The notes beneath the pieces were generated by a model. That model was not told where the DNA came from, did no database searches, and saw only the letters and a program-made list of their open reading frames with translations. From positions 124,001 through 188,000 of the IMG/VR virus record IMGVR_UViG_3300028392_000029: 64,000 nucleotides of DNA; one strand, written 5' to 3'. Position numbers and translations under genes: made by a program. Below are positions 21,834-30,584 of this stretch, in pieces. Position 1 is the stretch's first letter. Each line of letters begins with the position of its first letter.

Positions 21834-22115
21834 CTGTTGCAAATACGGACATGCGATTGTGAAGAAACTGAGTTCTTTCTCTGACTCAAATCCAATATGC
21901 GTATTATAGACTATTGTGTTAGTATTGTCTAGGGCAATACCTTGCCCTATATAATACCTGTTGTTTAGATTGGATATAATCCAATGGTCGATCTTTTTAA
22001 TCAACCCTGGATTATATCTGTCTAAGTTTGTATATTTAAAATGCGGGCAGGCAAAATCAACCCTTCTTAAATTAAAATAATTTAAGGGATTTGGCTTACC
22101 ATTTTTTAAACTCAT
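21828..22115 (-). CDS. Hypothetical protein
   Basis: 95 aa ORF with ATGA overlap to the upstream gene. Confidence 0.55.
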   Translation of the reverse strand: MSLKNGKPNPLNYFNLRRVDFACPHFKYTNLDRYNPGLIKKIDHWIISNLNNRYYIGQGIALDNTNTIVYNTHIGFESEKELSFFTIACPYLQQR

Positions 22116-23287
22116 GCGGTTTCTACCGCTTCTTCATAATATGCATGTTCGCCCCAAGGCGGCACGATTTTATCATTGCCGTGGATGATGAACACTGTAT
22201 CACAGTAATTTTCATCTCCCCAACTACTATAAGGATAACCATCTGTAAACATGATAAACTTTTTAGGGTTAATATCGTGTTCCTTCATATAATTCCAATT
22301 GGCATCAAAATCGGTACCACCGCCACCCATCACTTCGTAGTCATCGAACTCGTCCATTGAGTAGCCGTCAAAATCTGCTTCGTTGTACACACGGGTATCA
22401 AAGCACCAAACTTTAATTTTAAAGTCTTTGTATTCTTGCATAATACCTTTGATCTCTGACAAGAAATCTTTTGCCTGCTCGTCTCCAATTGAACCTGACA
22501 TATCAATTGCAATACAAATATCAATAGTTTCTTCGTAGTTAGTTCCAGGCAAAATTGCACTCATGTGCCATCCCTTACGGTTAGGGCGCATAAATGTGTA
22601 GTCATTCTTAATTGTACTTTGGATTTGTTGACGCAGAATCTCACGCCAGTTCATTTTTGCTTCTGTAAGTTCTTTAATCATGCGCTGTACACTAGCCGGA
22701 GTATTTCCCGCACCCGCTGCCTGTGCCGCTTGCATAGTTGCTTCGCGAACCTCGTCACGAATCTGCTTCATTTCTTCTTTAGTGTACTTTGGCTGTCCGT
22801 CTTTACCTTTAGGTCCAGTCCAATCAATGTGATCATCTAGCAATTGACCAATATCAATCTTATCAGCATTATCATACAACTCGTCGTAGATTTCTTCAGC
22901 ACCTTTGCCGTAGTATTTTGGATCGTTGTAGATATTAATCTCTGGAGGTTGTTCTCCAATACGATCTCGAGTCAATTGTCCGTTTACGCAATAGTCAGCC
23001 GCGGCATTCCAAATCTTACGGTCTCTATTTTCCACACGACCCATGTGATCAAAAACATTATGAAGAATCTCGTGTGCAATAACGAACTCTACTTGCTTAG
23101 TAGTCATTGGTGCAAAAAAATCACGATTAAAATAGATAGTACGGCCATCTGTTGCCGCAGTCATACACCACTCGGTGGCTTCTTCAATTTTAAGACGTGT
23201 AGCCATATTGCCAAAGAACGGATGACGAAGTAGCAAACCTACTCGTGCTACAATAATTTTATCGATGATTGGATCTACATGTGACAT
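22112..23287 (-). CDS. Metallopeptidase-like plus VWA domain protein (DUF2201-like)
   Basis: TAATDG, HEILH (HExxH), DMSGS MIDAS motif, GGGGTDF, MFTDGY. Confidence 0.85.
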   Translation of the reverse strand: MSHVDPIIDKIIVARVGLLLRHPFFGNMATRLKIEEATEWCMTAATDGRTIYFNRDFFAPMTTKQVEFVIAHEILHNVFDHMGRVENRDRKIWNAAADYCVNGQLTRDRIGEQPPEINIYNDPKYYGKGAEEIYDELYDNADKIDIGQLLDDHIDWTGPKGKDGQPKYTKEEMKQIRDEVREATMQAAQAAGAGNTPASVQRMIKELTEAKMNWREILRQQIQSTIKNDYTFMRPNRKGWHMSAILPGTNYEETIDICIAIDMSGSIGDEQAKDFLSEIKGIMQEYKDFKIKVWCFDTRVYNEADFDGYSMDEFDDYEVMGGGGTDFDANWNYMKEHDINPKKFIMFTDGYPYSSWGDENYCDTVFIIHGNDKIVPPWGEHAYYEEAVETA

Positions 23288-23317
23288 ATCTGCTCCTAAA
23301 TGTTTTACTATGTATAT

Positions 23318-23346
23318 AGTATAACACCTCCCGAAGGAGGTGTCAA
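23318..23346 (-). promoter_or_regulatory. sigma70-type promoter of the VWA gene
   Basis: TTGACA-17 nt-TATACT; the spacer is an inverted repeat. Confidence 0.75.
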
Positions 23347-23361
23347 ATACAGCTAACTCGA

Positions 23362-24453
23362 TTACTTCTCAGTAGCGGCGCTAATGTACTTACCAAACTT
23401 GGCGTGGAATGCATCAAAACATTTGATCTCGTCTGGATCCAGTGGCAATTTGTAAGTGCTCAATGCCAATTTGGTACCCATAATAACCAATTCTGTTTCA
23501 AAGTTATTCATCATAAATTCGAAGAAGTTATTAACTTGATTATTCCAATTCTTTGCGTTTTTGTCGCAAGCATCTTTGAGCTCGTAGCACAACGAAATTG
23601 TCAAAGAATACATAGCTGAAATTTCTTTGGATTCCATTTTCTTAACAGAACCTGCCAAAATATCTGTAGGGTTAGGCATCTTGCTAGAAATTTTGCGGTG
23701 TGCCATAAAGCTAACAGCAAGTCCTTCACCTACCGAACCACTGATCAAATCAGTCAACGTATCAGCATCGCAGTCGTCGTCTGTGAGCAATTCGCTGACA
23801 AAAGACCAAGAGCGTGGAGTAGCAAACGCACGTGAGCTAGACTTTGGATCAAAGTCGTACAAGCTCTTCTTACTGAAGCTCAAGAAGCCGACTACATCTT
23901 GATGAATCTTGTTTTCAACAGCCCACTCAAAGTAGTCATCCCACTCAACAGTCATTTCCAAGTGAACAAAACGGTTAGCCAACGGAGCAGGCATACGGAA
24001 TGTAACACCCTTGTCAGTTTCACGGTTACCAGCCGCAACCATTACAACATTGTCAGGCAGTTTGTAAGTACCAACACGGCGATTCAAAATAAGCTGATAT
24101 GCCGCAGCCTGTACAGCAGGCGCCGCACTATTCATTTCATCTAAGAACAGTACAATCTTCTTGTGCTGTTTTGCCATCTCATCATCAGGCAATTCCGAAG
24201 GAGGAGCCCAAACCATTTTATTTGTGTTTGAGTCAAAATATGGAATACCTTTGATATCAGTAGGTTCCCACAAGCTCAAACGAACGTCAATTACATGAGC
24301 GTCGAGTTCTGTGCCCAACTGTTTAATAATGTCGGACTTACCAATTCCGGGAGGACCCCACAAGAAGATTGGACGCTTGTTTTTAAATGCTTTACGCAGG
24401 GATTTTTTAGCACCTTTAGGGCCAACTGTACGAGTAATTAGTTCCGAAGCCAT
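23362..24453 (-). CDS. MoxR-like AAA+ ATPase
   Basis: Walker A GPPGIGKS, Walker B LFLDE, AAGN, PLANRF, TPRSW. Confidence 0.9.
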   Translation of the reverse strand: MASELITRTVGPKGAKKSLRKAFKNKRPIFLWGPPGIGKSDIIKQLGTELDAHVIDVRLSLWEPTDIKGIPYFDSNTNKMVWAPPSELPDDEMAKQHKKIVLFLDEMNSAAPAVQAAAYQLILNRRVGTYKLPDNVVMVAAGNRETDKGVTFRMPAPLANRFVHLEMTVEWDDYFEWAVENKIHQDVVGFLSFSKKSLYDFDPKSSSRAFATPRSWSFVSELLTDDDCDADTLTDLISGSVGEGLAVSFMAHRKISSKMPNPTDILAGSVKKMESKEISAMYSLTISLCYELKDACDKNAKNWNNQVNNFFEFMMNNFETELVIMGTKLALSTYKLPLDPDEIKCFDAFHAKFGKYISAATEK

Positions 24454-24508
24454 TTTATTTCCAATCTTAGTTAAAAAGTGTTGTTGAGTTAACGCTGTCT
24501 ATGTATGT

Positions 24509-24537
24509 ATTATACAGGGCTCTTTGCTGGTTGTCAA
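24509..24537 (-). promoter_or_regulatory. sigma70 consensus promoter of the MoxR gene
   Basis: TTGACA-17 nt-TATAAT. Confidence 0.85.
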
Positions 24538-24545
24538 CAGTATTT

Positions 24546-24956
24546 TTACAAATTATTGGTTATTTTGGCTAGATCTTTTTCTCTTTCTGTCATGGCTTTG
24601 ATCAGTCCAAATTTTCGAATATCGTCCGAAAACAAATAGAGCTCAAAACTTTTACGTTCTGAAAAAACGGAAATACTTTGGTTTGTAAGATAGTAAGGAC
24701 AGTCAATATATCTTTCCAAAAAGATAATTGTTTGGGGACTTAGCTCAATCGGCTCAGTGAAAGGTACTTCATACATTTTGATTTCTAACGTAGTAGTTAG
24801 GAATTCAAATCCATTTTCAGTTAATCGAAAAGCATTTGGTTTGTTAACTCTATTAGATTGCCACCAGATCCTATTGTACAGTTCTACATTTGCATCATCT
24901 GTACTTTTGCCCCATTCTTGTAAGAATATTTTGGTTAGGCAATCTCTGGTTATCAT
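24546..24956 (-). CDS. Hypothetical protein
   Basis: 136 aa ORF tiled within the operon. Confidence 0.65.
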   Translation of the reverse strand: MITRDCLTKIFLQEWGKSTDDANVELYNRIWWQSNRVNKPNAFRLTENGFEFLTTTLEIKMYEVPFTEPIELSPQTIIFLERYIDCPYYLTNQSISVFSERKSFELYLFSDDIRKFGLIKAMTEREKDLAKITNNL

Positions 24957-25237
24957 TTTACAACAGTACCTTGAGTTAATTTTATTACTTGGAAATCTTC
25001 ACAACTAAATGTAAGATTTAATTTTTTAGCTAAGTTATGCGCATGCCCGGGATTACTAAAACTTACTTTCTTATATTTAGGTCCAGGATAACTTGTTAGG
25101 CTATTAAAACTTTTCAAATTGAATGGCTCGTTTTTATAAAAGACAGCCCAAATAGCTTCGGCTTCTAGGATTTGTTCTGCTTTATAAGTTTTCTTGTTAA
25201 CATGTTCTAATAAAACTGCTGGTTTTGGTCTTGACAT
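24953..25237 (-). CDS. Hypothetical protein
   Basis: 94 aa ORF downstream of the repeated 21-bp motif. Confidence 0.65.
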   Translation of the reverse strand: MSRPKPAVLLEHVNKKTYKAEQILEAEAIWAVFYKNEPFNLKSFNSLTSYPGPKYKKVSFSNPGHAHNLAKKLNLTFSCEDFQVIKLTQGTVVK

Positions 25238-25255
25238 AATATGCGCACCTTCAAT

Positions 25256-25276
25256 AATGTACGCATATATTTATCT
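25256..25276 (-). promoter_or_regulatory. 21-bp repeated upstream motif, copy 2
   Basis: AGATAAATATATGCGTACATT, upstream of the 25237 gene. Confidence 0.7.
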
Positions 25277-25522
25277 CTATTTGTCTGCAAAACCGCCGCC
25301 GTCCATGGTCACAGTTACTACTTCGTTGTTAGTGCTATTTTTGATAGCATTAAACATGGTCTCGTAGTCTTGTAGCAGTTTATCTTGGATTTCAATTAAT
25401 GCTAAGTTAAGCAATCTAGCCTGCTGAATAGGTAATTTAACTTCCTTTTGCTGGCTTAATTCTGCCGCTCTTAGCGTGTGCGAAAATTGAGTAATGGGAG
25501 TTAGATTAATCTGATTTTGCAT
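25277..25522 (-). CDS. Hypothetical protein
   Basis: 81 aa ORF. Confidence 0.6.
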   Translation of the reverse strand: MQNQINLTPITQFSHTLRAAELSQQKEVKLPIQQARLLNLALIEIQDKLLQDYETMFNAIKNSTNNEVVTVTMDGGGFADK

Positions 25523-25985
25523 TTGCTAATATCATTTTCATTTCTAGTTCGGATTTAAAAGGACCCTTGCTTGGGTAGCGTTCAATTGTAATTGCTTTGG
25601 GACAAAATGATTTAACCCAACCCTTGTCAAATTTAATTACATAGTATCCTGCACAATATAAACTTTTGCTAGCATTGCTTTTAGTAAACAACGGCAACTT
25701 TCTACGAACGTCGTACATGGCATTAAACGGACTACATGACGTAGGATATCCGTGACATTCGTGCTCTTCTAATTGTGTAACCTTTACTTTGGTATTATTT
25801 AAAAAGAATCCTTCCCCAAATTGTTTTGTTAGATCCTGTTTTTTATTAAACATCACCTCACCGTTTGTACTGCTTAGTACAAATCGATTGTTTTCTTTTT
25901 TGTGTAGTGTAGCAATCTTAGTACCGTCTTGTTCGACGATCCAAAATTTTCCATCGACGATGGGTTTAGCGTGTATTTCTGTCAT
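25506..25985 (-). CDS. Hypothetical protein
   Basis: 159 aa ORF downstream of the repeated 21-bp motif. Confidence 0.65.
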   Translation of the reverse strand: MTEIHAKPIVDGKFWIVEQDGTKIATLHKKENNRFVLSSTNGEVMFNKKQDLTKQFGEGFFLNNTKVKVTQLEEHECHGYPTSCSPFNAMYDVRRKLPLFTKSNASKSLYCAGYYVIKFDKGWVKSFCPKAITIERYPSKGPFKSELEMKMILANAKSD

Positions 25986-26024
25986 TTTTAGTCCCCTTTA
26001 TAAGAGCCCCTAAGGCACTCTATT

Positions 26025-26045
26025 AATGTACGCATATATTTATCT
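26025..26045 (-). promoter_or_regulatory. 21-bp repeated upstream motif, copy 3
   Basis: AGATAAATATATGCGTACATT, identical to copy 2, upstream of the 25985 gene. Confidence 0.7.
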
Positions 26046-26186
26046 TTTAAAAACACTCTTAATCCACTGGGCTAGATTAAGGTATCTAAAATGATACTCT
26101 GTTAGCATTGGAGTTAGATGCGGGCACCGTCCTTGATTCCAATTGCAATTTCCAATAATTTCTTGATTACAACCATTACACTTCAT
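26040..26186 (-). CDS. Small Cys/His-rich protein (48 aa, absent from the ORF track)
   Basis: Hand translation MKCNGCNQEIIGNCNWNQGRCPHLTPMLTEYHFRYLNLAQWIKSVFKR; GAGG SD; fills the gap exactly. Confidence 0.6.
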   Translation of the reverse strand: MKCNGCNQEIIGNCNWNQGRCPHLTPMLTEYHFRYLNLAQWIKSVFKR

Positions 26187-26195
26187 TATTCTTCC

Positions 26196-26879
26196 TCAAA
26201 ATTTATAAATTTCTATTGTGTATGCAGGATCTTTAAATATTTTTTCTTTGATTCTAATTTCTAATCTTGTCTTTCCACTATAGACTTTAACATTGGCTAA
26301 AGTAGGGTCGATGATTGATGTTACTACCATTGATTTATTTTGTTTACTAAATGTACATGCAGTATCTAAATACCTTAGTGCAGTATTACTAATTTTAAAT
26401 CCTGCTAGCGAACAATTCAATGTATTTGAATCTCTAAAAATAGACAACAAATAGTATTCTTTAATAGCCGATACTTTTTTCATCCAACCATTAACATACA
26501 GATTCCACACTTGCTGTTTATCTTTATTTTTAAAATACTCTGATGACAGTTCTGTTTCCGATAATGGTTGATACATACTTGCCTCGGTAGTAGCAGTTTT
26601 CAGAGTTTGTACACTCTTAACGTCAATGCCAATATTACTACCAACACTTACATCGGCAATACCTTTGCCAGCACCGCACCATTTACCCCCGGCGATACTA
26701 TCTGCAACTGCATATTCCCATAATTCTTTACCCATGCTAGCAGGCCGACCTAATGCAATATGTTTACGTAACGGCTGTATAACAGGATCAATTTCTTTTT
26801 GAAACTGTGCTATAAAATCCTTACCGACTAATATTTTTAATTCGGAAGCCAGCATAGGAGTAAGACAGTAGTTGCTCAA
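26196..26879 (-). CDS. Putative PD-(D/E)xK restriction-like nuclease
   Basis: GKELWE...GIADVSV...GIDVKS arrangement of acidic residues and Lys. Confidence 0.45.
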   Translation of the reverse strand: MSNYCLTPMLASELKILVGKDFIAQFQKEIDPVIQPLRKHIALGRPASMGKELWEYAVADSIAGGKWCGAGKGIADVSVGSNIGIDVKSVQTLKTATTEASMYQPLSETELSSEYFKNKDKQQVWNLYVNGWMKKVSAIKEYYLLSIFRDSNTLNCSLAGFKISNTALRYLDTACTFSKQNKSMVVTSIIDPTLANVKVYSGKTRLEIRIKEKIFKDPAYTIEIYKF

Positions 26880-27895
26880 TTAACATCCTTAAATAAATTT
26901 AGGGCCGCTTTAGTGGTTGGATATTTTGCTTGGAATGGCTCGGCGTACGATTGTATATTGTCTGCAATTTTCTTCATATCCCAAGCATTGCAGAATTTTA
27001 GCATACGAATACCTACTTGATCTACTGTCTTAGGTACAGAGTTGGCTTTAATAGTTTCTGTAATCTTTACTTTAACATCTGCCGGTTGTGCTGTTAAGTC
27101 GCATAGTTGTACATTACGCTGATAGTCTTCTAAAACTCTGTGTTCTTGTCCATTATGGTCGACCCATCTCTGCAACATGAGATTGTTCCACGCATATCCG
27201 CGGCTTTTACGATCTTCGAATGCTTCAGTAAGACCCACTTTGTTTTTTGTACCTTTAGTACGCACACCTGGATACGCCGAGAAGACATTATCACTGGTAT
27301 CACCGCGCATACATTTCTCGAACAGCATCCACTCTGGATCTTGTGCTGGCTTTGGCTCTCCCGTCTTTTTGTCTTTAACAGGTTTGCCCTTGGCATCAAA
27401 GATACCGTTGTGTGTGATATGTAAATCACCTACACCGTTATACTGGCTAACGGTAGGACTTACGAGCTGTGCAAAATCTCCGTCTGTTGAAATAATAACA
27501 TGTTTTGCTTCTGGATGGCTTTGAATCCAGCCAGCAATCAAATCATCAGCTTCTAAGTTAGGATGTTGCATTACAGTAGCATTGGTCTTTTCTGTAATAA
27601 AATCTTTAAACTGATCAAACGCTTCCCAGAACAATTTGTCTTCTTCTTGTTCTCGAACAGTCATAGCACTACGAGTTTCTTGTCTATTAGCCTTGTAAGG
27701 CTTGTAATAGTCCTTACGCCAGCTTCGACCCTCGAGGCAGAATACTACATGGGTGCCTCCGAAGTCGTTCCATGCTTTTTTGATACTGTTAAGTGTAATA
27801 TGAAATGCCATGCCCAATTTAATATCGGCAGAGCCTTGAACCACGTGTCTAGCACGAAAGAATGTATTTGCAGTGTCGACAATGATATATGTCAT
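26876..27895 (-). CDS. rnh: T4 RNase H-like 5'-3' exonuclease
   Basis: IIVDTAN, YKANR, LEADDLI, ISTDGDF, MRGDTSDNV. Confidence 0.9.
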   Translation of the reverse strand: MTYIIVDTANTFFRARHVVQGSADIKLGMAFHITLNSIKKAWNDFGGTHVVFCLEGRSWRKDYYKPYKANRQETRSAMTVREQEEDKLFWEAFDQFKDFITEKTNATVMQHPNLEADDLIAGWIQSHPEAKHVIISTDGDFAQLVSPTVSQYNGVGDLHITHNGIFDAKGKPVKDKKTGEPKPAQDPEWMLFEKCMRGDTSDNVFSAYPGVRTKGTKNKVGLTEAFEDRKSRGYAWNNLMLQRWVDHNGQEHRVLEDYQRNVQLCDLTAQPADVKVKITETIKANSVPKTVDQVGIRMLKFCNAWDMKKIADNIQSYAEPFQAKYPTTKAALNLFKDVN

Positions 27896-28584
27896 TTTAG
27901 ATTTTCTGTTATAGTATTAAAAATAGATTGATCCATGAATGGCACAGATTTTGTTATGCTAACATAGTTGTTTACTTTTGGTCTAAGATCAAATGCTATG
28001 CTAACTCGAGGAGTGTCGCCTTGATATGCGTCACTCCAATGTGGAACACAACTAGGAAATAGTGTAATGTCGCCTTTGTTATTTCCAATAACAACATTTG
28101 ATGTAGAATCAAATGGTGACTTATATGTATTTGTGGTGTTGTATGTATCTAAGTGCATATTACCACTTAGATAGGATTCTGGATCTGCACCATGCCCGTG
28201 TTCGCCGATAGACTCCCCAGCTCTTGCAATGTTAAACCAAGAATACAGTTGAAGTTCTCGCCAATTACCATCTTGACTAGCCATGAATTTTAGGTATGCA
28301 ATTCTAATAAAATTTAACATGTCATCTAACTCTGGACATTCTTTGTTAAACTGAAACAGATTATATTTGCCATGCCTTGCGGTCACACTTGCGTCTCCAA
28401 GACCAGTTCCGCCATCGTGATGTACGGGATACCTGTTTATAAAAACTTGTTCTTGTGAAATAAGCCAATTGCGAATGGTATCAATTTTATCATGATCAGC
28501 CCACGTATCCATTCCTATTGGAAAATTCCATGTTGGTGCAAATTCAGTTTTTGCATCGGGACTTTTTATCTTAGCAATTCTCAT
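27892..28584 (-). CDS. 2OG-Fe(II) oxygenase-like protein
   Basis: SWFN...EHGH...YLSG, LFPSCVPHWS, RVSIAFD. Confidence 0.75.
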   Translation of the reverse strand: MRIAKIKSPDAKTEFAPTWNFPIGMDTWADHDKIDTIRNWLISQEQVFINRYPVHHDGGTGLGDASVTARHGKYNLFQFNKECPELDDMLNFIRIAYLKFMASQDGNWRELQLYSWFNIARAGESIGEHGHGADPESYLSGNMHLDTYNTTNTYKSPFDSTSNVVIGNNKGDITLFPSCVPHWSDAYQGDTPRVSIAFDLRPKVNNYVSITKSVPFMDQSIFNTITENLK

Positions 28585-29015
28585 TTAACTTCGGCTTTGC
28601 CGCCACCTATTTTACTTACATTAATATACCCAGCACTAGCTCTTCCCGGGTCTTGTCCAGCCTCAGCCAACATATTTGATGCTAGATCTCTGAACCAACG
28701 ATCTACTATTTGTTCTTCTGGATCACCATCAAATCCGTAGCCTGCTTGCTTCAATTGTACTATAAATTCCTGATTCCAGTCAAGTTCAAAAAAGCCATTT
28801 CGAATATTATCTTTATTCACATGCGTATCCAAAACACTAACCCAAGGTTCACCTCGTGCAGTAGCACGTTCCTTAGGAGTAGCTTTGGCTTGTTCTTCTG
28901 CTTTTTGTGCTAGTACTGTCTCTGCAACTGCCTTGTCTCTAACAATTTGAAGTGCATCTTTTTCAGCTTGTAGTTTATCGATGCCAAGCCATTTTCTAAA
29001 TAAATTTTTAATCAT
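28581..29015 (-). CDS. Hypothetical protein
   Basis: Start moved to MIKNLF, overlapping the queE stop (TAATG). Confidence 0.65.
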   Translation of the reverse strand: MIKNLFRKWLGIDKLQAEKDALQIVRDKAVAETVLAQKAEEQAKATPKERATARGEPWVSVLDTHVNKDNIRNGFFELDWNQEFIVQLKQAGYGFDGDPEEQIVDRWFRDLASNMLAEAGQDPGRASAGYINVSKIGGGKAEVK

Positions 29016-29860
29016 TAAGTTCCCCACTCGTTTTTAAAGAGTGGAACTTGTAAACGATCGCTATAGCGCCACCCACGTTTCATAGCCGATAGTGCTACAT
29101 TTTTTGCGTTCAATGTATAAACACTTTCCACACCGCCTACTGGCATTAGATAAACATGTCCTTTAAATCCTGCCGACTTAAATTCTGTTACTGCACGTTC
29201 TGCATCTAAAATGTCATCCTCTGTTGCCACAACAAATTTAAGATATGCAGTACCAACTTGTTCATATTCACGAACTACTTCTGGAAGAATTGCTTCTTCC
29301 CACTTTTCACCACTTGCTGGTAATTTGGCACTGACGCTAAACGTAAGTTCTTTACCAACTTCGCTATTCCATTTAGCTAGATAGCTTTTAAATTCTGGAG
29401 TAAGTTTTTGAGTACCATTTGTTTCAAATGTAATTTCTTTCAATGCTTTCATTTTGGGATTGTTAAGCAAATCTGGATAAGCACGTTGCCAACCTAACAA
29501 AGGCTCACCGCCTGTGATAACCAAGTGTTCATCTTGCCATTCATTATGTGGAATAATTTCCATAATACGATCTGTAATTGCTTCGCTTGTAAGCATTGGA
29601 CTTAGATCTTTAAAACTTGGATGCCAACTGGCATAGCTATCACACCCGGTGCTTACTAACGGCAAGTGTTCGTATTTTTCAAACATATGAGCAACCGTTG
29701 CAATCTCTTCAGCTTCTTCGCTGAACATGCCTCGACTCATGCCAAATCCAGCACATTTAAAGTTGCAACCAAATGTACGCAAGAAAACAGACGGTACACC
29801 CATGTAACGTCCTTCGCCTTGAATTGAATAAAATAATTCTGCTATTTTAATTTTGCTCAT
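29015..29860 (-). CDS. queE: 7-carboxy-7-deazaguanine synthase (radical SAM)
   Basis: ELFYSIQGEG, VFLRTFGCNFKC...CDS, ITGGEPLL, FETNGT, SVSAKL, RLQV. Confidence 0.88.
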   Translation of the reverse strand: MSKIKIAELFYSIQGEGRYMGVPSVFLRTFGCNFKCAGFGMSRGMFSEEAEEIATVAHMFEKYEHLPLVSTGCDSYASWHPSFKDLSPMLTSEAITDRIMEIIPHNEWQDEHLVITGGEPLLGWQRAYPDLLNNPKMKALKEITFETNGTQKLTPEFKSYLAKWNSEVGKELTFSVSAKLPASGEKWEEAILPEVVREYEQVGTAYLKFVVATEDDILDAERAVTEFKSAGFKGHVYLMPVGGVESVYTLNAKNVALSAMKRGWRYSDRLQVPLFKNEWGT

Positions 29861-30083
29861 CTTCGCCTCTTTCTAAAAATTGTGATACTTGGTGTTCGGC
29901 ATCTTGAATACTTTCGGCCCATATCTCAAACGTAGCAATGCCGTTACTAGCATGAATATCAAAAGGCACAGTACCTCTAGGTAACCAGTTAGGCCCAACT
30001 TCTCGTTTAATCTCAAACTTATTTAGGTCCGTGGTTTTCATACGGTAAATTAATTCGTCAGTTAGTTGTTTAGCGTTTGTCAT
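29847..30083 (-). CDS. Hypothetical protein
   Basis: 78 aa ORF. Confidence 0.55.
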   Translation of the reverse strand: MTNAKQLTDELIYRMKTTDLNKFEIKREVGPNWLPRGTVPFDIHASNGIATFEIWAESIQDAEHQVSQFLERGEDEQN

Positions 30084-30414
30084 CTTGCTGTTTCCTAAAC
30101 TCTTCTACATCTATTATAGCACTCTTTAATGTTTCTGCATAGTTCAAAGCACCTTGCGATTTCAAACAAACAGTTGATTGGGTATCTATATAACCTTTAG
30201 TAAGCAAGGTCCAAATATGATACCATCGTGTTTGAGTCCAAAAATTAGTTCTAACTGTAGTATAGATAGTTACTTCAACGCCAGTATCGTCTGCTTCTAC
30301 CCATACGTTATGATCGCATTCAGAACTACCACATTCACATGTAACGCGATAAACTTTTGAGTCTCCCCAATCGTTATGCTTTAAAATGCCTTCCGCCGGC
30401 GCCTGAACTTTCAT
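30070..30414 (-). CDS. Hypothetical protein (CECG...CDH motif)
   Basis: 114 aa ORF. Confidence 0.6.
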   Translation of the reverse strand: MKVQAPAEGILKHNDWGDSKVYRVTCECGSSECDHNVWVEADDTGVEVTIYTTVRTNFWTQTRWYHIWTLLTKGYIDTQSTVCLKSQGALNYAETLKSAIIDVEEFRKQQDDKR

Positions 30415-30584
30415 AGTGCCATTATCCTTGCAATAACTTGTTTAGCTTCTGTGCAATCGTTACGTTCTACTTGTGCTTCAATCGCACGTTCAACAGCCTC
30501 ATGCAATTGACGTAGGTAAGGACGCTCGTTAATAGTTGAATAGGGTTGTGTCCAGCGTAAGGTATACAAGTGTCGAGAGTTCAT
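30411..30584 (-). CDS. Small hypothetical protein (57 aa, absent from the ORF track)
   Basis: Hand translation MNSRHLYTLRWTQPY...VIARIMAL; ATGA overlaps at both ends. Confidence 0.6.
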   Translation of the reverse strand: MNSRHLYTLRWTQPYSTINERPYLRQLHEAVERAIEAQVERNDCTEAKQVIARIMAL

